From Elainellaceae cyanobacterium (GTDB lineage Bacteria > Cyanobacteriota > Cyanobacteriia > CAZCXK01), in contig JBNPEG010000128.1 in assembly GCA_051117555.1 (NCBI GenBank), positions 1-50,971 of the forward strand: a DNA stretch of 50,971 nt, written 5' to 3'. A program made the translations under genes and the position numbers. Position 1 is the first letter of the stretch; every line of letters starts with the position of its first letter. Below the pieces are notes generated by a model. The model did no database searches. It saw only the letters and a program-made list of their open reading frames with translations, and was not told the DNA's origin. Shown piece after piece: positions 9,921-19,232 of this stretch.

Positions 9921-10955
9921 ATGCTAACCAAGATTCCCAAAATTTCCTGTTCTCTACTTGCAGCAGTAGATGGAGAGATCACTCTACCCGATGTTCTTAA
10001 AAAGCTAGACGTTTTAGGCGTAGATATCATTCACTACGATGTCAGTGATAATGCTAAGACGCTACATTTCAAAGATATTGAACACCTCCGTCGTAACACT
10101 TGTCTACCCTTTGATGTACATCTGAGCGTAGAAGATCCAATTCCTTATTTACAGGATGTCCAGTTAAAGCCAGAGGACTACTTCTGTCTCCACGTTGAGA
10201 ACAATCTGAGTTGGTCGCAACTTGAGGAGGTTAGAAATAAAGTTGGCTGTAATTTCGGGTTAGCCATCAATACTGAAACTCCTGTTAGTGATTTATTCGA
10301 CAAGGCACAGATTCTTGACTACGTGCTGTTCATGTCGGCGACACCAGGCGTTTCAGGTGGACAGTTTAATGACCAGGTAGTTAACAAAATTAAGGCATTC
10401 CGCAGAGCATTTCCTAATGTTAAAGTTCACGTAGATGGTGGTGTTAACTATCTATCTGCTGCATTACTGCGGGAATTAGAAGTTGATGTTTTGATTTCTG
10501 GTTCTTATATTCTCAAAAACGAAGATTATTTAGTTCAGTTAGTTAAACTCTTCGGTAAGAATCTGTATCTACGAGTAGCAGACATTATGAGAGTGCGGGA
10601 TCAAGTTCCTCGTGTTACGCCAGATACGGATATCTGTCAAACAGTTTTAGAGATGAACACCAAACAGGTTGGTTGTACATGCGTTGTAGATCATGAAAAT
10701 CGTCTCCTCGGATTAGTTACAGATGGAGACGTTCGTAGGAGACTAATTGTTCAACCCGATTTGTCTACTTTGAAAGCTAAAGACTTAATGGCGGTTCAAC
10801 CCTTCGCTATTACTCCAGATATGCGCCTGCTCAGTCTATTACGAGAACTCGATAAAAGACATGCAGGGTTTGATGTTATCCCAGTTGTAGATACGTCTGA
10901 GCAATGTGTAGGGTTGGTCTGGTTACGGGATATCATTTCAAGTCATGCTTTATAA
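9921..10955 (+). CDS. Ribulose-phosphate 3-epimerase-family domain fused to a KdsD/KpsF-type CBS pair
   Basis: RPE metal ligands HYD, DVHL, VDGG and MSATPGVSGGQF; C-terminal LRVADIM...GLVTDGDVRR CBS pair. Confidence 0.8.
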   Translation: MLTKIPKISCSLLAAVDGEITLPDVLKKLDVLGVDIIHYDVSDNAKTLHFKDIEHLRRNTCLPFDVHLSVEDPIPYLQDVQLKPEDYFCLHVENNLSWSQLEEVRNKVGCNFGLAINTETPVSDLFDKAQILDYVLFMSATPGVSGGQFNDQVVNKIKAFRRAFPNVKVHVDGGVNYLSAALLRELEVDVLISGSYILKNEDYLVQLVKLFGKNLYLRVADIMRVRDQVPRVTPDTDICQTVLEMNTKQVGCTCVVDHENRLLGLVTDGDVRRRLIVQPDLSTLKAKDLMAVQPFAITPDMRLLSLLRELDKRHAGFDVIPVVDTSEQCVGLVWLRDIISSHAL

Positions 10956-11005
10956 AGCAAGCGTTATTTTGCTAGCATTCGGGTCACTCTATAGGTAGTA
11001 AAACT

Positions 11006-12028
11006 ATGATTATCAAACTTAGCCAAGCATCCGCAGAATCAACACTTGACCAGCTAATGCAATGGTTTGCTCAACAGGACGTCGAAGCTCGTAAAGTCAA
11101 CTGGGAAAACCAGGTTTTGTTAGTTACTTCTGCTAAATGGAAGGGAGATGCTGACTATATTAGGAGTATTGAGGGTGTTGAATCTGTTACCGAGATGGGA
11201 ACAGAGTACCAACTTTGCACTCGCCAGTTTCAGGATCAAGATACCGTAATTGACCTGGGTGATGGTGTTGTCTTCGGTCGTGGTCTAACTATAATGATGG
11301 CTGGACCTTGCGCGGTTGAATCAGAGGAGCAAGCCATGCGAACTGCTGAATTCTTGCGTAGCAAATTCGATATCAAGGTTTTTCGTGCAGGTGCCTTCAA
11401 GCCTCGTACTTCACCCTACAGCTTTCAGGGATTAGCTGATGAGGGGCTGAGGATTTTGGAGAAGGTACGTGATACCTTTGGGATGAAGATTATTACCGAA
11501 GTAAAGGATACCACTCAATTAGCAGCGGTCGCTGATGTTGCTGACATCATTCAAGTTGGTACTAAGTCTATGTATAACTTCTCACTGCTGGCAATGTGTG
11601 GTCAGTTAAAGCAGCCAATTGTCTTAAAGCGGGGCTTCATGACTACGATTAAGGAGTTTTTACAGGCGGCTGACTTCATTCTCTGCAATGGTAATCCTAA
11701 GGTGATTATGTGCGAACGAGGTATCCGTAGTTTTGAGCCACAAACTCGATTCTGCTTGGATGTTTGCTCCGCTGCTCTGATGAAGGAGTTGAGCCACCTG
11801 CCTCTCGTTCTTGATCCTTCTCACGCTATGGGTATCGCAGCTCAAGTGCCCTTGGTTGCACAATCTGCTGCTGCATTAGGAGTTGATGGGCTGCTAGTTG
11901 AAACTCATCCTGACCCAGCAAACGCTAAAAGTGATAAGGAGCAGGCGCTATCATTTGAGCAATTTAGCCAAATGATGGCAGTGCTGGATCCAATTTGTAC
12001 TGCAGTGGGTCGGAGGCTGGTTGCGTGA
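11006..12028 (+). CDS. Type I-beta DAHP-synthase-like PEP aldolase with N-terminal ferredoxin/ACT-like domain
   Basis: AGPCAVES, GAFKPRTSPYSFQG, LKRG, CERGIRSFE, DPSH, ETHPDP, KSD; canonical GARN reads GTKS. Confidence 0.85.
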   Translation: MIIKLSQASAESTLDQLMQWFAQQDVEARKVNWENQVLLVTSAKWKGDADYIRSIEGVESVTEMGTEYQLCTRQFQDQDTVIDLGDGVVFGRGLTIMMAGPCAVESEEQAMRTAEFLRSKFDIKVFRAGAFKPRTSPYSFQGLADEGLRILEKVRDTFGMKIITEVKDTTQLAAVADVADIIQVGTKSMYNFSLLAMCGQLKQPIVLKRGFMTTIKEFLQAADFILCNGNPKVIMCERGIRSFEPQTRFCLDVCSAALMKELSHLPLVLDPSHAMGIAAQVPLVAQSAAALGVDGLLVETHPDPANAKSDKEQALSFEQFSQMMAVLDPICTAVGRRLVA

Positions 12029-12717
12029 GTTGTGATTCCCTGAACTCTGTCCTCCATCAATGCCACGCGGTAATTTTTGACTTAGATGGTGTGATAGCTG
12101 ACACGGAGCCTCTTAAATTTGCCGCTTATCAAGCGGTGTTTCGAGAAACTTATGGGATTGAGCTACCTGCTGAAGATATCACTTGGCGGGGTATGAAGGA
12201 GCAATCCGTCATTGCCTATTGGTTTGACAAGTTTCAACTAACGGGTGAGCCAGAGAAGCTGATTCAAGCTAAGCGAGCTGCTTACCAATTGTTTCTAGAA
12301 CAAGGCCGAGTTACCGCAGTGCCAGGAGTTATTGAATTTGTACATTGGCTGCAGTCGGTAGAGAAATTGCGAGGCGTGGCAACCAGTTCAAGCCGTCAAG
12401 AAGCGACAATTATACTGGAAAATTTAGGGCTGACGACTGCCCTCAGTCAGCTAGTTACTAGAGATGATGTCCAACAGCTTAAGCCTCATCCTGAAGTGTA
12501 TCTAAGCTCAGCATCTGCGTTGGGAGTTCAGCCCTCGGATTGCATAGTATTTGAAGACAGCCAATCAGGAGTGATTGCTGCTAAGTCATCTGGAATGTTT
12601 TGTGTTGGGGTCTTGACTTCATTTTCTAGCGATGCTCTTGCTTCTGCTGATCAGACGATCACCAACTTCACGGAGTTGTGTTGGGAGCAAATACTACCAT
12701 GCGAGCAGTCAGCATGA
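12025..12717 (+). CDS. HAD-family sugar-phosphate phosphatase (subfamily IA, beta-PGM/CbbY-like)
   Basis: IFDLDGVIADT, ATSS, KPHPEVY, FEDS; start placed at the GTG overlapping the upstream TGA (GTGA). Confidence 0.85.
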   Translation: MSCDSLNSVLHQCHAVIFDLDGVIADTEPLKFAAYQAVFRETYGIELPAEDITWRGMKEQSVIAYWFDKFQLTGEPEKLIQAKRAAYQLFLEQGRVTAVPGVIEFVHWLQSVEKLRGVATSSSRQEATIILENLGLTTALSQLVTRDDVQQLKPHPEVYLSSASALGVQPSDCIVFEDSQSGVIAAKSSGMFCVGVLTSFSSDALASADQTITNFTELCWEQILPCEQSA

Positions 12718-12761
12718 AATTCTTTCCGCTTAGATGATGTATTAGTAGATAGGAATTCATA

Positions 12762-13502
12762 ATGAAGATCTTAGCGGTCATCCCAGCTCGATATGCTGCT
12801 CAACGGCTTCCTGGTAAGCCTCTGGCAATGATTGGCGATCGCCCGATGGTGCAATGGGTTTATGAAACTGCTAAGAGTTGCTCTATCTTTGGAGAGGTGA
12901 TTGTTGCTACTGAAAGTGAGCAAGTTGCTGAGTGTGTTCGGGAATTTGGAGGCAGAGTGGAGATGACTCGCAGCGATCATCTCAGTGGCACCGATCGTGT
13001 TGCTGAAGTGGCTGCCCGATATGAGGATATGGATATCATTGCTAATGTGCAAGGAGACTTGCCCTTTGTTACTGCCAAAGTTTTAGCTCAACTCGTCTCT
13101 CCTTATCTAGATGGAGAACTACCTGATATGACTACTTTGGCATGTCCCCTAAACCTGGAAGTAGGATATTCTGATCCGAATACAGTAAAGGTCCTATTAG
13201 ATCGCCATCAATATGCAATCTATTTCTCGCGATCGCCCATTCCTCACTTTCGTAACCCTGGCACTGCGCCGGTCTATCACCATCTAGGTCTCTATGCTTT
13301 CCGTAGAGATTTCTTAGTGGAAGATTATGCCAAATTGACGGCAACCCCATTAGAGTTATGCGAGGGATTGGAACAACTGCGCGTGTTAGAAAACGGTTAC
13401 TCCATTCGTGTCTGTCAAACAGAGGCAGCCGTAGTAGAGGTTAATACGCCTGACGATTTAGATAGGGCGCGATCGCAACTGATTGAAACAATCACGTCGT
13501 GA
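12762..13502 (+). CDS. kdsB: 3-deoxy-ulosonate cytidylyltransferase, copy 2
   Basis: VIPARYAAQRLPGKPL, SGTDR, NVQGDLP, AIYFSRSPIP, HLGLY, LEQLRVLENG, VNTPDDL. Confidence 0.85.
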   Translation: MKILAVIPARYAAQRLPGKPLAMIGDRPMVQWVYETAKSCSIFGEVIVATESEQVAECVREFGGRVEMTRSDHLSGTDRVAEVAARYEDMDIIANVQGDLPFVTAKVLAQLVSPYLDGELPDMTTLACPLNLEVGYSDPNTVKVLLDRHQYAIYFSRSPIPHFRNPGTAPVYHHLGLYAFRRDFLVEDYAKLTATPLELCEGLEQLRVLENGYSIRVCQTEAAVVEVNTPDDLDRARSQLIETITS

Positions 13503-13577
13503 ATTATCTTGCAATTCCTGGAATCTGTCTGCTTGAAATTGAGTGCTGAAGATCATAGGTGCGATCGGGAGGTGAAC

Positions 13578-14918
13578 ATGGCCTTGAAACAACTCAAAGA
13601 TACGATCCGCAAAACAACAGACCCGTTGGAAGCAGCAATTTTGGCTAATGATTACTTCCCATTGCAGAAGAGTCTAAACTATCCGGATAAAGTAAATCTA
13701 ATTTGGAAGGATTTGCGGTTTCGAGTCTATCCTCGATCTATAGATGTCAAATCAGAAATTACCTTTTTGCTATATTCCAAAGCCTGTGAGCGTTTACTAG
13801 TACCACTCATCCTCAATTTACTAAATCAATCAGAGGTAAAAGAGAGAGGTATTCAAATCAATGTCGTTGTTCTGTTTGGCATTCACCGCCTTCAGCTTTC
13901 GTCCGATAATTTGCAGCAATTACATAAGCTAGGATGCCAAATCCAAACTGATTATTTCAGTTTAATTCGTGCCTGTCACCAGCCCCAGCAAAAATTGGTG
14001 GTACTTTGTTTGGATCATCGTAAACCTTACATTTACCACCACTGGGGAGTTAATACCGTAGACACACTTAAACGATTTGGCGTTAAAACACTCTCGATTC
14101 AGCATGGTGGGACGCGTGCCGACAGCGTCGAGGATTTGGCCTCTGCTGCATCCGATATTGTTTTGGTTTGGGGCAAACGAGTTTATCGAGAGATTGTAGA
14201 GAAATATGGTGGCAATCCTCAACGATTCCGAGTGGTCGGCAATCCCTTGCACGATCGTCTTGCAATGCTTGAGCACACTCAAATTCGCCAGCGATTTATC
14301 AATTGTTATCCAGAAGCAAGCACACAACTTGATCAAAAACGCGTCATATTACTAGCGTCTTGCCTTCACAGTGAGTATCGTGGTATGGGCGATGAGATGC
14401 AGATGTATCGAGACTATATCCGCCATATCTATAACAGTATCGACTTTTCCCAGATTTTACTTTTAGTTAAAATGCATCCTCTCGATACATTAGAACCCAA
14501 TCTCTATCGACAAGGCATTCCTAGCGACCAGGGTGAGGACTCTATAATCATCATTGAACCAACCGTTACAGAATTAGACATTTATTCCTTGTTGGCGCTT
14601 TCTGAACTTTTGATAACTCGAGCCTCGACTGTCGCTGAAGAAGCTTTACTCATGAGAAAAAAGGTAATCTCATTTGACTTGTTATCAGAGGGGCCATCAA
14701 AAAGCTATAAGCATTTAGAAGAGTACGGTAGCTACACTACCGTATATGCAATGCCTAATAACCAATTAAATCAAGCAATCTCTTCTATACTGCTTGAGCA
14801 ATCCTCTGACCGAGCACAACAATCTTCCTTTATAGAAGAAGAGCTGACCTATGCGTTAGATGGAAATTCAACAAACAGGGCTGTTAATGAAATTTTGATG
14901 TATCTCCTAAATGACTGA
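13578..14918 (+). CDS. GT-B-fold transferase, putative CMP-ulosonate (Kdo/sialyl-like) or CDP-polyol-phosphate transferase
   Basis: IQHG, VWG, VGNP, VKMHP and STVAEEA motifs, as seen in cytidine-nucleotide-donor GT-B enzymes; ATG 13578 has a GGAGG RBS (ORF track starts at 13509). Confidence 0.55.
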   Translation: MALKQLKDTIRKTTDPLEAAILANDYFPLQKSLNYPDKVNLIWKDLRFRVYPRSIDVKSEITFLLYSKACERLLVPLILNLLNQSEVKERGIQINVVVLFGIHRLQLSSDNLQQLHKLGCQIQTDYFSLIRACHQPQQKLVVLCLDHRKPYIYHHWGVNTVDTLKRFGVKTLSIQHGGTRADSVEDLASAASDIVLVWGKRVYREIVEKYGGNPQRFRVVGNPLHDRLAMLEHTQIRQRFINCYPEASTQLDQKRVILLASCLHSEYRGMGDEMQMYRDYIRHIYNSIDFSQILLLVKMHPLDTLEPNLYRQGIPSDQGEDSIIIIEPTVTELDIYSLLALSELLITRASTVAEEALLMRKKVISFDLLSEGPSKSYKHLEEYGSYTTVYAMPNNQLNQAISSILLEQSSDRAQQSSFIEEELTYALDGNSTNRAVNEILMYLLND

Positions 14919-14927
14919 AGGGAGCCT

Positions 14928-16187
14928 ATGAAAACAATTGCTCTTATTGATGTTAACCATGGTCGGGGACATCATCTGACCTATATGAGGTTTTTCTGTA
15001 AAACCTTACTAGAGTTGGGATATCGGGTCATGGCATTCTATCCAGATCCAGATGCCGTAACAAATTGGTTGCAATCTAGTTGCTCCCAATATTTAGATAA
15101 TTTCTATGTTTTTGAGATCAGTGAGTACGAGCATCGTAAAGTTCCCTTGATCACGAAAATACCTTCCAATTTGCAACCCATAATCGTATTAGCACGTTGG
15201 CAATATACTGCTAAAATCATCCGAAAAGCTGTAAGGCAAGTTGGATTTGAACCTGATTTAGTTTTCTTTAATTGGCTAGATAACTATTTTAGTTATTTCT
15301 TGACTCATCATTTGGTCGATTTAATATTTCCCTATAAATGGTCTGGAATTTATTTTAGACCTGGGGATTTACGATTCAAAAAAAATGCTCTGATTCCTCA
15401 CTATGCGATCGCGCGATCGCCAAAATGTCAGGGTTTAACACTTCTAGATGAAGATTTTGCCCAAACGATGGATGGTAAGTTAGAGAAGCCAATCATTCCA
15501 TTTCCAGACTTGACCGATGAAGCGGCACCTAGCCTCGAACTTGACATTGTTAAACAAATTCGAGAGAAGGCAGGAACAAGAAAGATTATTGGTCTTATTG
15601 GTTCACTTAGTAAGCGAAAAGGACTTTTGACGTTCCTTGAGGTTGCCCAAAAATCATTGAACGAAGACTGGTTTTTCGTATTAGCTGGTCCTCTCAACCA
15701 AGCCAACTTTCACCAGGAGTATGATCAAAGACTTTCGGATGAATATCAAAGGTTACAAAATGTTCTTCACTCTCCACCAGATAATTGCTTCTTTCACCTC
15801 CAATCGATTCCAGATGGTCCCCAATTTAATGCTTTTATTGATACCTTTGACATATTATTTGCGGCTTATGAGAACTTTCCCTATAGCAGTAATATCCTAA
15901 CGAAAGCAGCGGTTTTCCAGAAGCCAGTAATTGTGAGTGATGGATTTTGCATGGCTAGACGTGTACAACGATTTCAGTTTGGTTTGGCAATTCCAGAAGG
16001 TGATGTTGCTGAGTGTGTCAAGGCAATTCGTCGGCTTTGCGAACCTTCCACATCCGACAATCTTCGACTTAGTTTTGACTTTGAGGGCTACAGGAAACTT
16101 CATTCAGCCGAACGATTGGGTGAAATCTTCCAGTCTCTCGCGAGTAGTCGGAAGATGCGCACAACATTAGCTAATAGCGTTAGCTAA
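14928..16187 (+). CDS. Glycosyltransferase, GT4-like (GT-B)
   Basis: GHH N-terminal loop, GSLSKRKG, SSNILTKAA...KPVIVS C-terminal segment. Confidence 0.7.
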   Translation: MKTIALIDVNHGRGHHLTYMRFFCKTLLELGYRVMAFYPDPDAVTNWLQSSCSQYLDNFYVFEISEYEHRKVPLITKIPSNLQPIIVLARWQYTAKIIRKAVRQVGFEPDLVFFNWLDNYFSYFLTHHLVDLIFPYKWSGIYFRPGDLRFKKNALIPHYAIARSPKCQGLTLLDEDFAQTMDGKLEKPIIPFPDLTDEAAPSLELDIVKQIREKAGTRKIIGLIGSLSKRKGLLTFLEVAQKSLNEDWFFVLAGPLNQANFHQEYDQRLSDEYQRLQNVLHSPPDNCFFHLQSIPDGPQFNAFIDTFDILFAAYENFPYSSNILTKAAVFQKPVIVSDGFCMARRVQRFQFGLAIPEGDVAECVKAIRRLCEPSTSDNLRLSFDFEGYRKLHSAERLGEIFQSLASSRKMRTTLANSVS

Positions 16188-16233
16188 CTTTGATTTTATT
16201 CACAATCAGTAAAGTTAATTTTAGGAGTAAATT

Positions 16234-17289
16234 ATGAAAGTTCTAGTAACTGGTTCAAGTGGATTGATTGGTTCTGAAGCGGTTGAATACTATGATCGTG
16301 AGGGACATGAAGTAGTTGGCGTAGATAACAATATGCGCGCCGAATTCTTTGGTTCTCAAGGAGATACACTGTGGAACTTGGGGCGATTGAAAGGTACTAC
16401 TCAACGGTTTGAGCATTGCAATATTGACATTCGCGATCGCGCAGCAATCTTCAAGTTATTTGAAGAAAAATCCTTCGATCTCATCATTCACTGCGCCGCA
16501 CAACCTTCCCACGACAAAGCTTGTCAAATTCCTTTATTAGATTTTGAAGTGAATGCGCTGGGTACTGTCAATCTTCTAGAAGCGACTCGTCAATTCTGTT
16601 CCGAGGCAGTATTTGTTCATATGAGCACCAATAAAGTTTATGGAGATGCTCCAAATGAAGTACTCCGAGTCGAGTTGGAAAAGCGCTATGATTATGAGCG
16701 CTCCGAAGACTATAACGGCATTTCGGAAGAGTGCCGAATCGATCGATGCCTACATTCCCTTTTTGGTGCCTCTAAAGCCGCAGCCGATGTAGTTGCCCAA
16801 GAATATGGTCGCTATTTTGGTATGAATGTTGGTATTTTCCGAGGTGGTTGTCTCACTGGTCCGTCCCATTCTGGTGTAGAGCTTCATGGTTTCTTGTCAT
16901 ATCTAGTTAAAGTAGCAGTCAATGGCGGCACCTATAAAGTGTTTGGATATCAGGGTAAACAAGTTCGAGATAATATTCATAGCTATGACGTTATTCAAGC
17001 ATTTGAAGCCTTCCGTCGTAATCCACGCCCTGGCGAGGTTTATAACCTAGGTGGTGGACGTGGAAACAGTGTCTCTATCTTAGAAGCCTTTGACTTGGTA
17101 GGTGAGCTGGTAGGGCGCGAGATAAATTGGACTTATGTTGACCAAAACCGGATTGGAGATCACATCTGCTATATTTCTGATCTCACTAAGATGAAATCCC
17201 ACTTTCCTGATTGGGATATCACTCGTAGCCTGACCGACATTTTGAAGGAAATGGTTGAAGCAGAGCAGGCAAGATTTGCCAGCGTATAA
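16234..17289 (+). CDS. NAD-dependent nucleotide-sugar epimerase/dehydratase (CDP-paratose 2-epimerase-like)
   Basis: [48 protein letters not shown]. Confidence 0.85.
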   Translation: MKVLVTGSSGLIGSEAVEYYDREGHEVVGVDNNMRAEFFGSQGDTLWNLGRLKGTTQRFEHCNIDIRDRAAIFKLFEEKSFDLIIHCAAQPSHDKACQIPLLDFEVNALGTVNLLEATRQFCSEAVFVHMSTNKVYGDAPNEVLRVELEKRYDYERSEDYNGISEECRIDRCLHSLFGASKAAADVVAQEYGRYFGMNVGIFRGGCLTGPSHSGVELHGFLSYLVKVAVNGGTYKVFGYQGKQVRDNIHSYDVIQAFEAFRRNPRPGEVYNLGGGRGNSVSILEAFDLVGELVGREINWTYVDQNRIGDHICYISDLTKMKSHFPDWDITRSLTDILKEMVEAEQARFASV

Positions 17290-17949
17290 CTATTCATTAT
17301 TCAAGCAGTATCGTCTCCCATTTTGCCATTTTCCGCCCTATTTAGTAGCAGGTAAACCACATTCTAAATGGCTACATGTCGGACGATCCGCAGTGAACCT
17401 TTGAGAAACCGGCCATTCCCTTTTCCAATTTTGCCGGACAGATCGCACCAAACTTCAGCGACAAGTATGTAAAGCATATTCATACTCGAATCAGTTGATA
17501 GAAAACTGTCTAATCGTTTGGTGTATATGTCCAAGCAAGAGGGAATGCTGGGCTCATTGCAAGCCAAATGGCAATTGGCTCAGGAAAATTTATCCTTGGT
17601 GCGTGGCATCATTTTCAGAATTGGCTGTTCACTGAGGTCATCATCAATGGTTTTCAACAGATGTATATCTTGCTTAGATGAGAATTGCGGATCGATTATC
17701 AAAGTTCTTAAACACCTAATTCTTACACAGGATAGGCTAACCACTGGTTGATCTGGCAAACCTTCTAATGAATTAAGGTGCGTGTTGTTCAACTAGCTCA
17801 TAAAAGAAGATTTGTCAGACAACCTAGTGGTAGCTTTCATTCTTGACCATTACTTGCAACTTCAATTCTCTGAATGACGCAATAAGGCAAATTCAAATTC
17901 TGAAACAGACAGGGGGTAATCTTCCTATAATCTTACGATTACTAATCAA

Positions 17950-19122
17950 ATGCAACTTAATCCTTCAGTCCTTCAAAAACTAAATTTTCTGAGGCTAGTC
18001 CCTAATAAACCAGCATCAAAAACCTGGTTACCTTCTCTGGACGGACTCCGCGCGATCGCTATTTTACTCGTATTGTTAGAGCATATTACAGGAAATGTAT
18101 TCCGTGACGACTTAGCTGATAATGGTGCCTTCTTTGGTCCTTTCCTAAACTTTGGAGATGCTGGAATGGGTCGTTCCGGCGTTTACTTATTTTTTGTCCT
18201 TAGTAGTTTTTTATTAACTATTCAACTGCTTAAGCCAGATATTAATTTTAAGGACTTTAAATTGTGGGTTAATTATGGATTTAAGAGGTTAATCCGTATT
18301 TATCCTCTCTATCTATTCATATTGCTAGTCTACCTAATATTTCCCAGCTTTCAATATAGTTTGAAGGATGTCTTTGAGCACCTAATTTTGCAAAAAGCCG
18401 GAAACCATTTCTGGACAATTCCAGTAGAAATTAAATATTATCTTATTCTGCCAGGAATCGTCTGGCTACTCACCAAGTCCTTAAAGCGTAATATAGTCCA
18501 TGTTACCGTTCTACTTGCAGTTTTTTCAGTCCTCAGCAAGTTTCTCGAGCTAACCATTTGGAGCCCTGAGCGCTTATCAATCTTGCCTCATCTGCCAATC
18601 TTCTTGATTGGTTCTCTGGCAGCAATTATTCACACAAATCTAGTTAATCTATCTGAAAGGATAAACTGCAACATTAAATTTAGTATGGAAGCAATTTCTA
18701 TAGGCTCCATTTTAACTATTCTTTTAACTCTAAAAACAGTTCCAACCTGTTTTCTTTGGGAGTTATTACTTGGACTTGAAATGCCAAGTTTTCCGTCCAA
18801 TCACTGGCTCTATCTTCTACATGGTTTACTATGGGCAACTTTTCTAGTGAGTCATTTACATGGAAAGGGACAAATGAGTCGTTTACTCAGTTGAACACCC
18901 TTGCGATATATCGGCATGATCAGTTTTGGAATCTATCTATGGCATATTGCCATCCTCGGTTATTTTAATGCTCATTTGGCAGTGCCCAGCATCCTAAAGT
19001 TTCTGGCAATTTTTGTAATAACAGTGATCGTTTCTTCAGCAACATACATCTTGATTGAGCAACCTTTGATGCAGCTCAAGTTACCTTTTCTGAAGAAATC
19101 TGCCCGACCTACAAAACAATAA
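17950..19122 (+). pseudogene. Acyltransferase family 3 (OafA/YrhL-like) with one in-frame stop
   Basis: LDGLRAIA, GVYLFFVLS, RLIRIYP, HFWTIPVE...YY. ORFs 17950..18894 and 18901..19122 share a frame and join as LLS*TPLRYIGMISFGIYLWH; TGA at 18892-18894. Confidence 0.85.
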
Positions 19123-19232
19123 ACCTCCTTCACTCCCATAGGAGAAGAGGGTTAGTTTCTAATCATATAAATTTCAATACTATCTTCCGAGAAATCGAGA
19201 GTATTTCGAAATTCTAATTTGCACTATCAAGA

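Noticed and set aside
11006..12028. Calling this gene kdsA because of the kdsB neighbours
   Set aside because: It has KPRT and an N-terminal regulatory-type domain, not the KANRS motif of KDO8P synthases.
18892..18894. Selenocysteine recoding of the TGA
   Set aside because: The position fits Trp in this family, not Cys, and no SECIS-like hairpin is evident right after it.
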